Positions 16,627 to 25,839 of a DNA stretch of 64,000 nucleotides are shown piece after piece. Numbering within the stretch: the stretch's first letter is position 1; each line of letters starts with the position of its first letter. Location of the stretch: contig NZ_DALZXY010000002.1 of assembly GCF_031988865.1 (NCBI RefSeq), forward strand, positions 23,950 to 87,949, given 5' to 3'. This DNA is from Arthrobacter sp. (GTDB taxonomy: Bacteria > Actinomycetota > Actinomycetes > Actinomycetales > Micrococcaceae). A program made the position numbers and the translations under genes. The notes below the pieces were generated by a model. The model did not search any database. It saw nothing but the letters and a program-made list of their open reading frames with translations, and had not been told where the DNA came from.

Positions 16627-18356
16627 AGCCGGGCTCCGTCCGAATCGGACGGGGCGGGCGGGGTCCAACGCGAGCCGGTGAGGGTTTCGCGCTTTTCAGT
16701 CATGCTGGGGGTCGCGGACAGCAGCGCCTGCGTGTAGGGGTGCTTGGCCTGGCCCTCCTTGAGCTGGCGCCCGGTGAGGCGTTCAAGGATCTGCCCGCCG
16801 TGCATCACGAGCACCTCGTCGCAGAGTTCCTGGACTACGCCGATGTCATGCGAAATGAAGAGGACGGCCGTCCCTTGTTTACGGTTCACCTGACGGATTT
16901 TCCGAAGGACCTCCGCCTGGACGGTGACGTCCAGGGCGGTGGTTGGTTCGTCGGCAATGAGCAGTCTCGGTTCCGCGATGGTCGAGGACGCGATCATGGC
17001 CCGCTGCAGCATACCGCCGGAGAGCTGGTGCGGGTGCTGGGTCATACGCAGCGCAGAATCCCGGATGGACATCTGGTCGAGGGCGTCGACCATCTCCCGG
17101 TCTGCGGTTCGCCGGTTGCGTCCGAGGTGGGTCCGCTGGACTTCCGTCAGCTGCGGGCCCATGCGCAGGGCCGGATTAAACGTGGTGCCTGGATCCTGGT
17201 AGACGAGTCCGATATTTTCTGCCAGAACTTTGGGATCGTTGTGCCCCAAAAGGTCCAGGGCATCAAGGCGGAGGGTGTGGGCGGTTGCTGACACACCCTC
17301 TGCCAGAAGTCCGGCGACGGCCATGGCGGTCATAGATTTACCGGAACCGGATTCGCCAACGAGTCCGACGACCTGACCGGGCTGGATACACAAGGACACA
17401 CCGTTCACAAGTGTGCGTCCGTTCGGTGCCCTCACGGTGAGGTTGTCCACTTCCAAAAGTGCGGCGGAGTTCGCTTCGACGGAGGCCGGGCGGGTGGCTG
17501 CCCGACGCGCCGGAGCAAAGCGCCGGCCGCCGCGGGGGTCCGCCGCGGACGCCAGCCCGTCACCGATGAGCATGGCCGCCAGTCCGGCAATGACCAGCAT
17601 GATGGACGGCGCGATCACCTGGAGGGGCTGTGAGTAGATTGAGACGAGTCCCTCGTTGAGGAGACGGCCAAAGTCGAACTCCGGACTCTGCACACCAAGC
17701 CCTACAAAGGACAGCGAGGAGATCTCCAGGAGCGAGAGGGCAAAGCTCGAGGTCGCCACGACCAGGATTGGTTCGGCCATGTTTGGCAGGATGTGGCGGG
17801 TGACCAGCAGCGGCGTTGGGACTCCCAGCAGACGGGCGGTCCCCACAAAATTACGGTGGGACACGGAAGCCGCCAGGTTCGCCGTTAGCCGGGCAAAGCT
17901 CGGGATGCCGGCCAGTCCGATGGCGATGACCGCCGTTGTGCTTCCCGGGCCAAGAATCGCCGCGATGATCAGGGCAAAGATAAGGGACGGGTAGGCGACG
18001 GCCGCCTCGATCAGGCGCAGGGAGAGCTCGCGGATCCGCCGGGGGGCCAGCCAGACCGCGGAGCCAACCGTGAGTCCGCCCAGCACGGAGATAGCTGTGG
18101 CGGAGATGGACATGACCAGGGTCAGCCGGGTCGCCACGAGGGCACGGGCGAGGATATCGCGGCCGAAGTCGTCGGTTCCCAACAGATGCTCGGCGCTGGG
18201 GCCCTGCCGGGAATCCGCGCTCAGCGTCTCCGCTGCGCCGGTCAGGAAGAGAGGGGCCAGGAGTCCGGTTATCACCAGGGCGCCCATAAGTACCAGGCCA
18301 AGGACCAGCCCGGCGCTCCAGCGAAACCGGCGGGGTGTGTTGGGTGTTTCAGCCAT
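16623..18356 (-). CDS. Fused ABC transporter permease (DppC-like) / ATP-binding (DppD-like) protein
   Basis: The N-terminal ~290 aa are hydrophobic permease. The C-terminal half carries GESGSGKSM, LSGGMLQR and LIADEPTTALD. I chose the start MAETPN (ATG 18356), which overlaps the upstream stop (ATGGCTGA). Confidence 0.9.
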   Translation of the reverse strand: MAETPNTPRRFRWSAGLVLGLVLMGALVITGLLAPLFLTGAAETLSADSRQGPSAEHLLGTDDFGRDILARALVATRLTLVMSISATAISVLGGLTVGSAVWLAPRRIRELSLRLIEAAVAYPSLIFALIIAAILGPGSTTAVIAIGLAGIPSFARLTANLAASVSHRNFVGTARLLGVPTPLLVTRHILPNMAEPILVVATSSFALSLLEISSLSFVGLGVQSPEFDFGRLLNEGLVSIYSQPLQVIAPSIMLVIAGLAAMLIGDGLASAADPRGGRRFAPARRAATRPASVEANSAALLEVDNLTVRAPNGRTLVNGVSLCIQPGQVVGLVGESGSGKSMTAMAVAGLLAEGVSATAHTLRLDALDLLGHNDPKVLAENIGLVYQDPGTTFNPALRMGPQLTEVQRTHLGRNRRTADREMVDALDQMSIRDSALRMTQHPHQLSGGMLQRAMIASSTIAEPRLLIADEPTTALDVTVQAEVLRKIRQVNRKQGTAVLFISHDIGVVQELCDEVLVMHGGQILERLTGRQLKEGQAKHPYTQALLSATPSMTEKRETLTGSRWTPPAPSDSDGARL

Positions 18357-19407
18357 TGGAGTTCGCTCCGAGCGTGCGGGGATCGATGATGCCGAGGACA
18401 ACGTCCACGAGCAGGTTCAGCAGTGTGGCGATCAATCCGACGACCAGAATGATGCCTTGGATGACCGGATAATCGCGGTAGATGATTGCCTGGATGATTT
18501 CGCTTCCGAGCCCGGGGTAGTTGAAGACCGTTTCGATGATGATCGCCCCGCCCAGCAGACTCGCCAGGATCAGGCCGGTGATTGTCAGCGTGCTGGTCAG
18601 CAGGTTGGGCAGGGCATGGCGCAGGTAGAGCCTGAGCGGGGGTATCCGCCGTCCCCGGGCAGTGCGCATGTAGTCCTGTTCCAGGACGGTTGCGGTTTCC
18701 TGCCTCACGACTCTGGCCACGGCACAGGTCGGGCCCAGTGCGAGGGCAAGAGTAGGCAGGACGAGAGCGCCGAGTGAGTCCGCTCCTCCCGCGGGGAAGA
18801 TCGGAATCATGATGGCGAAGAGGACCACCAGCAGGGTGGCCGTTACGTAGCCCGGCAGTGAGGCGAAAAAGCCGGCGACATTGCCGAACCCCATGTCCAG
18901 CCAACGGCGCCTGCCGCCCCGGGTGAGGACACCAACGGCCATGCCGGCGGGAACCGCGACGAGAAGGACCACAGTGATGGCCATCAGCGCCAGTTGCGCC
19001 GTGTAGGGCAGCTTCGTGGCGACGATAACGGACACCGCCTCGTTGAACCGGAAACTTGTGCCCAGATCAAACTGGAACAGCCCCGTCAAATAGTCCAGGA
19101 ACTGCACCGGCAGCGGTTTATCCAGTCCCATCCGCTCCCGCAGGAGGGCCAGAGTTTCCGCAGAGGCGTCCGTTCCCGCGATGGCGCGCGCGGGGTCCCC
19201 GGGAATCAGCGGCACCATCAGGAAGGTCAGGACCACAAGTACGAACAGTGACAGCAGCAGGCCGCCGCTTCGACGGATGGCGAAGTTCAGCCAGGCGTTT
19301 GAGGACCATCGGCGCCGGCGCACGCGCCCTGCGGGACCGGGCAGGACGCCGAAGCCCGGCCCGCCCGGCGTGTTTGGGCCGGTGAGGGTGCTCGGATTCA
19401 CGGTCAC
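18349..19407 (-). CDS. Peptide/nickel-type ABC transporter permease (DppB-like)
   Basis: 352 aa with six hydrophobic helices. The GTG start overlaps the amidase stop (GTGA). Confidence 0.9.
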   Translation of the reverse strand: MTVNPSTLTGPNTPGGPGFGVLPGPAGRVRRRRWSSNAWLNFAIRRSGGLLLSLFVLVVLTFLMVPLIPGDPARAIAGTDASAETLALLRERMGLDKPLPVQFLDYLTGLFQFDLGTSFRFNEAVSVIVATKLPYTAQLALMAITVVLLVAVPAGMAVGVLTRGGRRRWLDMGFGNVAGFFASLPGYVTATLLVVLFAIMIPIFPAGGADSLGALVLPTLALALGPTCAVARVVRQETATVLEQDYMRTARGRRIPPLRLYLRHALPNLLTSTLTITGLILASLLGGAIIIETVFNYPGLGSEIIQAIIYRDYPVIQGIILVVGLIATLLNLLVDVVLGIIDPRTLGANSNG

Positions 19408-20822
19408 CGCACAGCCCCATTCAATGCGGGTGCCCGGCGGTCCTGCCAGCGGAAGTGCTCCTCGGCCTGCGCGGCCAGGGCGATCAGCCGGGCTTCGTCG
19501 AAGGGCGCGCCAACCAGTTGGGCCCCGACCGGCAGTCCGTTCCGGTCCGTGTGGACCGGAAGGCTGACGGCGGGTAGCCCGGCCATGTTGCAGAAGGAGG
19601 TGAAGGAGATCATGCGCAGCTCCGTGAGCCTGGGTCCGCTGGGATCGTTGTTCGCTTCATCCAGCACTACGCCCACCCGCGGAGTCGTGGTCGCCATCGT
19701 CGGGGTCAAAAGGACGTCGTAGTCCTTGCCCCATTGGGCCACCACCCGGCGGGACTCAAGCTGGAGGAGGGCTGCGGCTCTTGCATAGAGTCCGGCGTGG
19801 AATCCCTCAGCCTGTGCAATCCGGTGGGAAATGTACGGGTCGACCTTTGAGGCGTCGTCGAACGGGGTTGCCCAGACCGAGGCGCTGATGATGATCTGGA
19901 AGGCATCAATGGCCTCCCTGGAGAAGAGAACAGGTGCTGCTTCGAACACCTCGTGCCCCGCGGCTTCCAGGGCGGTGCCGAGCATGTGTGCAGCTTCTGC
20001 ACAGGCCGGATCGACCGGCAGCCCGGTCGGCGCCTGAAGCAGCATGCCGATTCGCAGCCGTCCCGGATCGGCTCCGACTTCGGAGGCAAAGGGCCGAGCG
20101 GGCGCGGGTGCCGAGTACCAGGCAAGACGGTCCTGGGCGCTCATCGCATCAAGGATTCCCGCCGCGTCCGCGACCGTGCGGGTGATGGCTCCTTCAACTG
20201 TCGAGTGCTCCCAGCCGGATACTTCCTGGGGAACCCGCCCTCGGCTGGGTTTCAGGCCGACCAGGCCGCATGCAGAGGAGGGGACCCGGATGGATCCTCC
20301 GCCGTCGGACGCATGGGCGATTGGGGCCATGCCGGCGGCGACGGCAGCGGCGGCTCCTCCGCTGGATCCCCCCGGCGTGTAGTCCGGATTCCACGGATTC
20401 CGGGTATTTCCATGACGGGCGTTCTCCGCGACTGTCAGGGGTCCGAGTTCCGGGGAGTTGGTGCGTCCCATCAGCAGGAACCCTGCCTCCTGGAGTTTTT
20501 GGACGCTGAGGCTGCTGGTGGTCCGGGGAGTGTCGCCTATGGCGAGCGAGGAATGGGTGTTGGGCTGCCCGGCAACGTCGGAGAGGTCCTTGATCGGAAT
20601 CGGTACCCCGTGGAAGGGACCCAGTTCCTCGCCGGCCAGGACCTGGCGTTCGGCCTTCCGTGCGGCGGCGCGGACCTCCTCGTCGTTGCGCCAGACGACG
20701 GCGTTGATCAGTGGATTGACGTCGTCAATACGCGCCAGGTAAGTGTCGACGACCTCCACGGGGCTGAGGGTGCGGCTGCGGATCGCGGCAGCCAGGCTTG
20801 TGGCGGAATCAAAAGGGTCCAT
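19404..20822 (-). CDS. Amidase (amidase-signature family)
   Basis: GGSSGGAAAAVAAG signature and a PIKDL lysine context. I chose the start MDPFDSATS (ATG 20822), which is preceded by AGGAGC. The listed ORF extends 42 codons further, over a hairpin. Confidence 0.9.
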   Translation of the reverse strand: MDPFDSATSLAAAIRSRTLSPVEVVDTYLARIDDVNPLINAVVWRNDEEVRAAARKAERQVLAGEELGPFHGVPIPIKDLSDVAGQPNTHSSLAIGDTPRTTSSLSVQKLQEAGFLLMGRTNSPELGPLTVAENARHGNTRNPWNPDYTPGGSSGGAAAAVAAGMAPIAHASDGGGSIRVPSSACGLVGLKPSRGRVPQEVSGWEHSTVEGAITRTVADAAGILDAMSAQDRLAWYSAPAPARPFASEVGADPGRLRIGMLLQAPTGLPVDPACAEAAHMLGTALEAAGHEVFEAAPVLFSREAIDAFQIIISASVWATPFDDASKVDPYISHRIAQAEGFHAGLYARAAALLQLESRRVVAQWGKDYDVLLTPTMATTTPRVGVVLDEANNDPSGPRLTELRMISFTSFCNMAGLPAVSLPVHTDRNGLPVGAQLVGAPFDEARLIALAAQAEEHFRWQDRRAPALNGAVR

Positions 20823-20847
20823 CGGTGTGCTCCTAGGTGTGAAAGAC

Positions 20848-20877
20848 GCTGTGGCGCCCGCCGGCGGGCGCCACAGC
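20848..20877 (-). terminator. 13-bp GC hairpin between the binding-protein and amidase genes (partial terminator or mRNA-stabilising element)
   Basis: GCTGTGGCGCCCG-ccgg-CGGGCGCCACAGC, 6 nt after the binding-protein stop. On the minus strand only GTCTTT follows. Confidence 0.45.
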
Positions 20878-20883
20878 CTTTGG

Positions 20884-22470
20884 TTACTTGAGGACCCGGT
20901 AGTGCTGATCGTCCAGGGTTCCGCCGAGCGAAACGACGGCGAACCCATCCGAGGAGATCATGATCCGGGGATCGTTGGACAAGGGGATGGCATCGGCATT
21001 GGTGATCACAGAATCCATGGCCTGCTGCAGGGAGGCGCACTGGGCTGCTTCATCTCCGCCCGCGCGGTACGCGGCGAGGGCCTCCTCGGCCTCCGGGTTG
21101 TTGATGGCCGCGATATTTCCGCCCCCGTCTTCCATGGGTGCGCCGCTCATCGAGTTCATCGGGTTGGACATCGTTCCCATGAAGTTGAGGTCGGCGTACA
21201 CGGTGAGGTCCCAGCCAGTGGGTTCACCGTAAACCGTGCCGATCCAACCACCGACGTCGAGGTTGTCCAGGGTGACGTCCGCGCCGGCAGCCCGCAGCTG
21301 CTCCTGGACGTAGACGTTGCCCGAGCCCTGCGGCCCAACGATCTGGGCACCCACCATGCGGATCTTGACCCCGTTGAGGACCGTCTTGGCAGCGGACGGG
21401 TCAAGCTCCAGCACAGGAGAGTCTTCCGGGGATGCGCACTTCGTCCCGTTGGCTACGAGCTGGGTGCTCACCTGGCCCATGCCGTTTGAGGTGATGTTTT
21501 CGAAAGCTGCGCGGTCGAGGACCTGGGCGACGGCCTGTCGCTTGGCTGGATCGGTGAACGGGCTGCCCTCACGTTGGTTGAACAGGACGAAGAAGTCCGA
21601 AAAGGCCTCATTGGCTACGGTGAACTTGTCGTTGCCCTCGAATCGCGGAACGCTGTTGGCGTTCACGAATCCTGTGTCCAGCTGTCCGGCCAGGAGCTGG
21701 TTGGCGGTGGCGTTTTTGTCCGCAATGACGTTGTAGACAATGGTTGCGGGAGACTGCCCCGGCAGCGGGGCCGCGTAGTCCGGCCAGGAGTCGTAGTCCT
21801 CGCGGAGGGAGTAGGTGTAGCGCACGCCGTGTTCCTTGCCGGAGAGGAGGTAGGGCCCTGACTCGGATCCCGCGGCGGTTCCCGCGGCGAGTGCCTCAGG
21901 ATCTGCCAGGCCTGCCGGGCAGATAATTCCGGACGCGGCCATGGCCAGTCCGGGCAGCATGTCCGGCCACGGCTCGGCCAGTTCGATCTTCACGGTCCCC
22001 GCGGCGTCGTCGGCGGTAATGACCGGAGGAGCTGCTACGCCGAAGATCAGGGGCCCTGACACCGAGGCGGTCTCGGGCGCGGCAAGGTATTCGAGAGAAT
22101 TTTTGACGATCTCCGGGGTGATGGGTGTGCCGTCCGAGCAGGTGGGGCCATCCCGGAGGGTGAACACAGCGCCGTTGGGGGTGGTTTCCCAGGTCTCGGC
22201 CAGCCCTCCCACCAGCTCATTGCCGTCGTCCTTCCGCAGCAGGGTGTCATAGCTCATCCGGGCGGTCAGATAGTCCGGGAGGGACACTCCCCGGACCGGG
22301 TCGAACGTCGCAGGCAGGTCGAGGGTGGTCCGCACGGTGCCTGCAGGCTGTGACGTTGCTCCGTCAGCGGCACCGGAGGCGGCCGGAGAGGGGCCGGCGG
22401 TGGTACAGCCGGTGAGTAGGAGGCCGGCCGCTGCAATGAGGGCTCCGGCTGGATACAGCGAACGGTTCAT
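20884..22470 (-). CDS. ABC transporter substrate-binding lipoprotein, family 5 (peptide/nickel type)
   Basis: Signal peptide with lipobox LLLTGCTT, 528 aa, SBP_bac_5-like sequence. AAAGGA lies upstream of the ATG. Confidence 0.9.
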   Translation of the reverse strand: MNRSLYPAGALIAAAGLLLTGCTTAGPSPAASGAADGATSQPAGTVRTTLDLPATFDPVRGVSLPDYLTARMSYDTLLRKDDGNELVGGLAETWETTPNGAVFTLRDGPTCSDGTPITPEIVKNSLEYLAAPETASVSGPLIFGVAAPPVITADDAAGTVKIELAEPWPDMLPGLAMAASGIICPAGLADPEALAAGTAAGSESGPYLLSGKEHGVRYTYSLREDYDSWPDYAAPLPGQSPATIVYNVIADKNATANQLLAGQLDTGFVNANSVPRFEGNDKFTVANEAFSDFFVLFNQREGSPFTDPAKRQAVAQVLDRAAFENITSNGMGQVSTQLVANGTKCASPEDSPVLELDPSAAKTVLNGVKIRMVGAQIVGPQGSGNVYVQEQLRAAGADVTLDNLDVGGWIGTVYGEPTGWDLTVYADLNFMGTMSNPMNSMSGAPMEDGGGNIAAINNPEAEEALAAYRAGGDEAAQCASLQQAMDSVITNADAIPLSNDPRIMISSDGFAVVSLGGTLDDQHYRVLK

Positions 22471-22524
22471 GGTGGTCCTTTGCTGGTGGTGGTGAACGGG
22501 TAGCGGCTGGCTGGCTGTACCGGG

Positions 22525-23019
22525 CTAGACAGAGAGCGCGGGAGCCAAGACCTCGAAGACATCGATGGTGGTCGCGCCGCTTCCGGCGGCGGCATGACCG
22601 ATGAATACGGACTGCGTGAGCCAGGCGAGGGTCGGGTCTGTAGTCCGGAAGACCGGTGTCGTTACGAAGTACTCCTGGGTACGCCCCGGAGTGTCGGCTC
22701 CCTCATGGGGACGGGTCAGGATGCCGACGTTGTAGACGTCAATGTAGGAACCCGACTCCGTGCGGATCCCGTAGCGGGCCTCGACCCGGTAGCTTCCCGG
22801 CGACTTCAACAGGCACCAGTCGCCACCGCCGGGGATGATTTCCCCGCGTATGTCTCCGGATCCCGGCCCGCCGGTAATCGGGATGAAATCAAGCTCGCCG
22901 CCGCCTGCTGCGTCGATGAGGATGTCCGGAGCGACTTCGGCGACGATCCGAAAACGGTGCAGCAGTGCAGGGACAGAAGGGTGTCCGGACTCGGCCGGAT
23001 GGGGTGTGATCTGTGTCAT
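22525..23019 (-). CDS. DUF3237 (UPF0311) family protein
   Basis: IPITGGPGSGDIRGEIIPGGGDW motif, as I remember for DUF3237. I chose the start MTQITPH (ATG 23019), because the 14 extra codons of the listed ORF coincide with promoter-like sequence. Confidence 0.65.
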   Translation of the reverse strand: MTQITPHPAESGHPSVPALLHRFRIVAEVAPDILIDAAGGGELDFIPITGGPGSGDIRGEIIPGGGDWCLLKSPGSYRVEARYGIRTESGSYIDVYNVGILTRPHEGADTPGRTQEYFVTTPVFRTTDPTLAWLTQSVFIGHAAAGSGATTIDVFEVLAPALSV

Positions 23020-23025
23020 ATGAGT

Positions 23026-23066
23026 ACTATGGTGAAAAGTGAATGGCTTAGTCAATAGCATTCACT
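23026..23066 (-). promoter_or_regulatory. Candidate promoter (TTGACT-18-CATAGT) overlapped by an 8-bp inverted repeat (candidate TetR operator)
   Basis: On the minus strand, TTGACT is at 23055-23050 and CATAGT at 23031-26. The A of ATG 23019 lies 7 nt after the -10, which suggests a leaderless mRNA. The inverted repeat is AGTGAATG (23038-45) and CATTCACT (23059-66), with a 13-nt spacer. Confidence 0.35.
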
Positions 23067-23145
23067 AAAACGTTGTTCCAAGACCCGGGGCCGCGTTCAG
23101 GGCAGCTGGTAGGTTTGGGGCAGATAAGGCCGGAGGAGTTCTCGC

Positions 23146-23853
23146 ATGATGAAGGGGGTCGAACGGTTGCCTGCGCCGCAGAGGAAACCGCCCGCCAGAC
23201 TGAGCCGGGGGACTCTCACACGGGAAGTCATCGTTGAGGCCGCACTGCGGGTCCTGGACGGGGGGCAGGTCAATGGACTGACGTTCGCGCGGCTGGGCAA
23301 GGAACTTGGGGCCTCACCGACGGCGGTCTACCGCCATTTCTCCAGCCGGGGCGACATCTTGACCGCCGTGGCGGATGAGCTCATCCGGATTGCCATCGAC
23401 GGCTACCAGCCGTCAGACTCCTGGCAGGATTCGCTGCGGGATTTGGCATACCGGGCCTGGCGCGCGTTCGAGCAGCACTCCGCCGCCGCCATGCACACCT
23501 TTTACCGTGTCACCCTGGGCCCAAACGAGATCCGAGTGGTTGACGCCATCCTCGAAGCCATTCACCAGGCAGGCTGGCGCGGACAGGAAGCAGTTTTTAA
23601 GTACCAGATGTACTCGAACCTCGTGCTTGCGCTGAGCGGGCGGAACGCCGCGATGCTGGCCGCCGCGGACGAAGCAGGCGTCACTCCGGGGAGCTTTTGG
23701 ACGCAGGAGTATATGCCCACTAATCCCGCGGAATTCCCCTACTTGTGGGAGCACCGGGACGATCTCCGGCTCAAGGACAACTTCGCCGTCTACCAGGGGC
23801 AGGTCGAGGCACTTCTTGCGGCTATGCGGGCTTCCCTTCCAGCTGTCTCCTGA
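23146..23853 (+). CDS. TetR/AcrR family transcriptional regulator
   Basis: N-terminal HTH LTFARLGKELGASPTAVYRHFSSRGDIL. It is divergent from the DUF3237/ABC/amidase operon. Confidence 0.9.
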   Translation: MMKGVERLPAPQRKPPARLSRGTLTREVIVEAALRVLDGGQVNGLTFARLGKELGASPTAVYRHFSSRGDILTAVADELIRIAIDGYQPSDSWQDSLRDLAYRAWRAFEQHSAAAMHTFYRVTLGPNEIRVVDAILEAIHQAGWRGQEAVFKYQMYSNLVLALSGRNAAMLAAADEAGVTPGSFWTQEYMPTNPAEFPYLWEHRDDLRLKDNFAVYQGQVEALLAAMRASLPAVS

Positions 23854-23918
23854 GGGGCCGCCGCTCAGCTGGCTGATGCCTGGTTGACAGATACCCGAGG
23901 CACGTCGATGATGCCGGT

Positions 23919-24362
23919 ATGACCAGGCAGGAAACCCTACCTCTCCGCTGTGTCCTCGCCGCGCTTGCCCTCGCAGCCCTGCTGGCTCAGCTGGTGCTCG
24001 TTCCGGGGGCCGCGGCCGGCTTCGCCGCTGACTACCCGGAAGTGGCATACCTTGCAGCCCCGTACGTGACGGTAATCGTGGTTGCCATCGGCGGTTTCGA
24101 GGTGGCGTTGTTTGCAGCCTGGCAGCTGCTCTCAGCAGCGGAACGCGGCGGGGCGTCGGACGGATGGCCGCCGCGGTGGGCCAACCTGATGGCTGCTTCC
24201 CTGGGTTTTATGGCAGTGCTCTTCGCGGGCGTGTTCGCGCACACCGGGTTCGCCGGCGTCGGCAGCCCGCCAATGTTGTTCGGACTTCTTGCTTCCCTCG
24301 CCCTTGTACCCGGGGCGGTTGTGCTGCGGCACAAGGCACGGGGATTTCCGATGCGAGCCTGA
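23919..24362 (+). CDS. Small integral membrane protein (DUF2975-like)
   Basis: 147 aa with four hydrophobic helices. The family assignment is from memory of the DUF2975 topology only. Confidence 0.55.
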   Translation: MTRQETLPLRCVLAALALAALLAQLVLVPGAAAGFAADYPEVAYLAAPYVTVIVVAIGGFEVALFAAWQLLSAAERGGASDGWPPRWANLMAASLGFMAVLFAGVFAHTGFAGVGSPPMLFGLLASLALVPGAVVLRHKARGFPMRA

Positions 24363-24432
24363 CAGGCGCGGAACCGCGGCACCCCGCGCGGAGTAACCAG
24401 GGCCCGGGTGTGGCGGCGCTTACACTTCTCCC

Positions 24433-25839
24433 ATGTATACGAGTGCTGTTCCTGCGACCGACCCCCTGCCCGGGAAACCGGGTGAAGCGGCGGCTTCCCG
24501 GCTGGCCCGGTTAATCAGCTGCCGCACCGTCTCTTCCCCGGACCCCGAAGGCGCCGACGCGCGGGAGTTCGCCCGGTTCGCAGAGCTGCTGGCGGAGCTC
24601 TATCCGCGCGTCCACGCAGAGCTGGAGCTTGAGCGCGTGAATGGCGGCGGACTGCTGTACCGCTGGGCCGCCGGAGGAGGGCAGTCCGGGGGAGAGCCGG
24701 CAAGCCCGCCGCCTGATCCGGTGGTGCTGATGGCGCATTACGACGTCGTTCCGGTCGAGGACGAGGCGGCGTGGGAGCATCCGCCGTTCGCCGGGAGGAT
24801 CGTGGATGGTTTTATCCACGGGCGGGGGACGCTCGATGACAAAGGCCAGCTCGCAGCCATCCTGGAAGCCGTCGAAACCCTGCTGGCGGAGCAGTTCGTC
24901 CCCTCCCGGGATGTCTACCTCTCCTTCGGCGACAATGAGGAAACCGCGGGGGATACAGCGGCAGCGATTGCCGAAACCCTGGCTGCGCGCGGGGTAACGC
25001 CCTGGCTGGTGCTGGACGAGGGCGGCGCCGTTGCGGCCCAGGCGTTTCCCTTCGTGAACCGGCCGGTCGCCGTCGTCGGCGTCTCCGAAAAGGGGATCCT
25101 GGATGTGGAACTGTCCGTGGAGGACCCAGGCGGGCACGCATCCACCCCCAGCAGGCTGGGCGCCACCGCCCGGCTGGCCCGCGCCGTCGTGCGCCTGGAC
25201 AACCGGCCGTTCCCGGCCGCCCTGCATCCCGTCACCGTTGAAATGCTGCACCGGCTGGCAGCCGGAGCGCCGTTTCTGCCCCGCCTCCTCTTCGCCCGTG
25301 CCGGCGCCCTCCGCCGGCCGCTGGCCCGCGTCTTCGGTGCCCTCGGCGGGGAACCCAATGCGCTGACCCGCACCACAGTGGCCGTGACGCGGCTGCAGGG
25401 TTCCAAGGCCTCGAATGTCCTGGCCACCCGGGCGTCCGCCACCGCCAACGTGCGGATCGCCCCGGGGGAGAGCATCGGGTCTGTCCTGCTGCGGATGGAA
25501 CACACCATCCGCGACCGGAACGTTTCGCTGCGCGTAGTGAACGGCACCGGCCCCTCGCCCGTGTCCTCCACCGACAGCGCGCAGTTTGCGCTGCTGGAGG
25601 CGGTGATAGCCGAGGTGTTCCCGGATGCCCTCGCCGCCCCGTACATCATGCTGGCGGGCACCGACTCCCGAAGGTTCACCACCATCTGCAGCAACGTCTA
25701 CCGCTTCGCGCCCTTCCGGATGGACAAGGCAGCACGTGCCTCCATCCACGCAGACAACGAGAAGCTCTCCATCAAGACCTTCGGCGAGGGCATCCGGTTC
25801 TATCGCCGGCTGCTGCAGCACCTGACGGCGGAGGCCTGA
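24433..25839 (+). CDS. M20 family metallopeptidase
   Basis: MAHYDVVP, GRGTLDDKGQ and GDNEETAG metal-binding motifs. 468 aa. Confidence 0.9.
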   Translation: MYTSAVPATDPLPGKPGEAAASRLARLISCRTVSSPDPEGADAREFARFAELLAELYPRVHAELELERVNGGGLLYRWAAGGGQSGGEPASPPPDPVVLMAHYDVVPVEDEAAWEHPPFAGRIVDGFIHGRGTLDDKGQLAAILEAVETLLAEQFVPSRDVYLSFGDNEETAGDTAAAIAETLAARGVTPWLVLDEGGAVAAQAFPFVNRPVAVVGVSEKGILDVELSVEDPGGHASTPSRLGATARLARAVVRLDNRPFPAALHPVTVEMLHRLAAGAPFLPRLLFARAGALRRPLARVFGALGGEPNALTRTTVAVTRLQGSKASNVLATRASATANVRIAPGESIGSVLLRMEHTIRDRNVSLRVVNGTGPSPVSSTDSAQFALLEAVIAEVFPDALAAPYIMLAGTDSRRFTTICSNVYRFAPFRMDKAARASIHADNEKLSIKTFGEGIRFYRRLLQHLTAEA

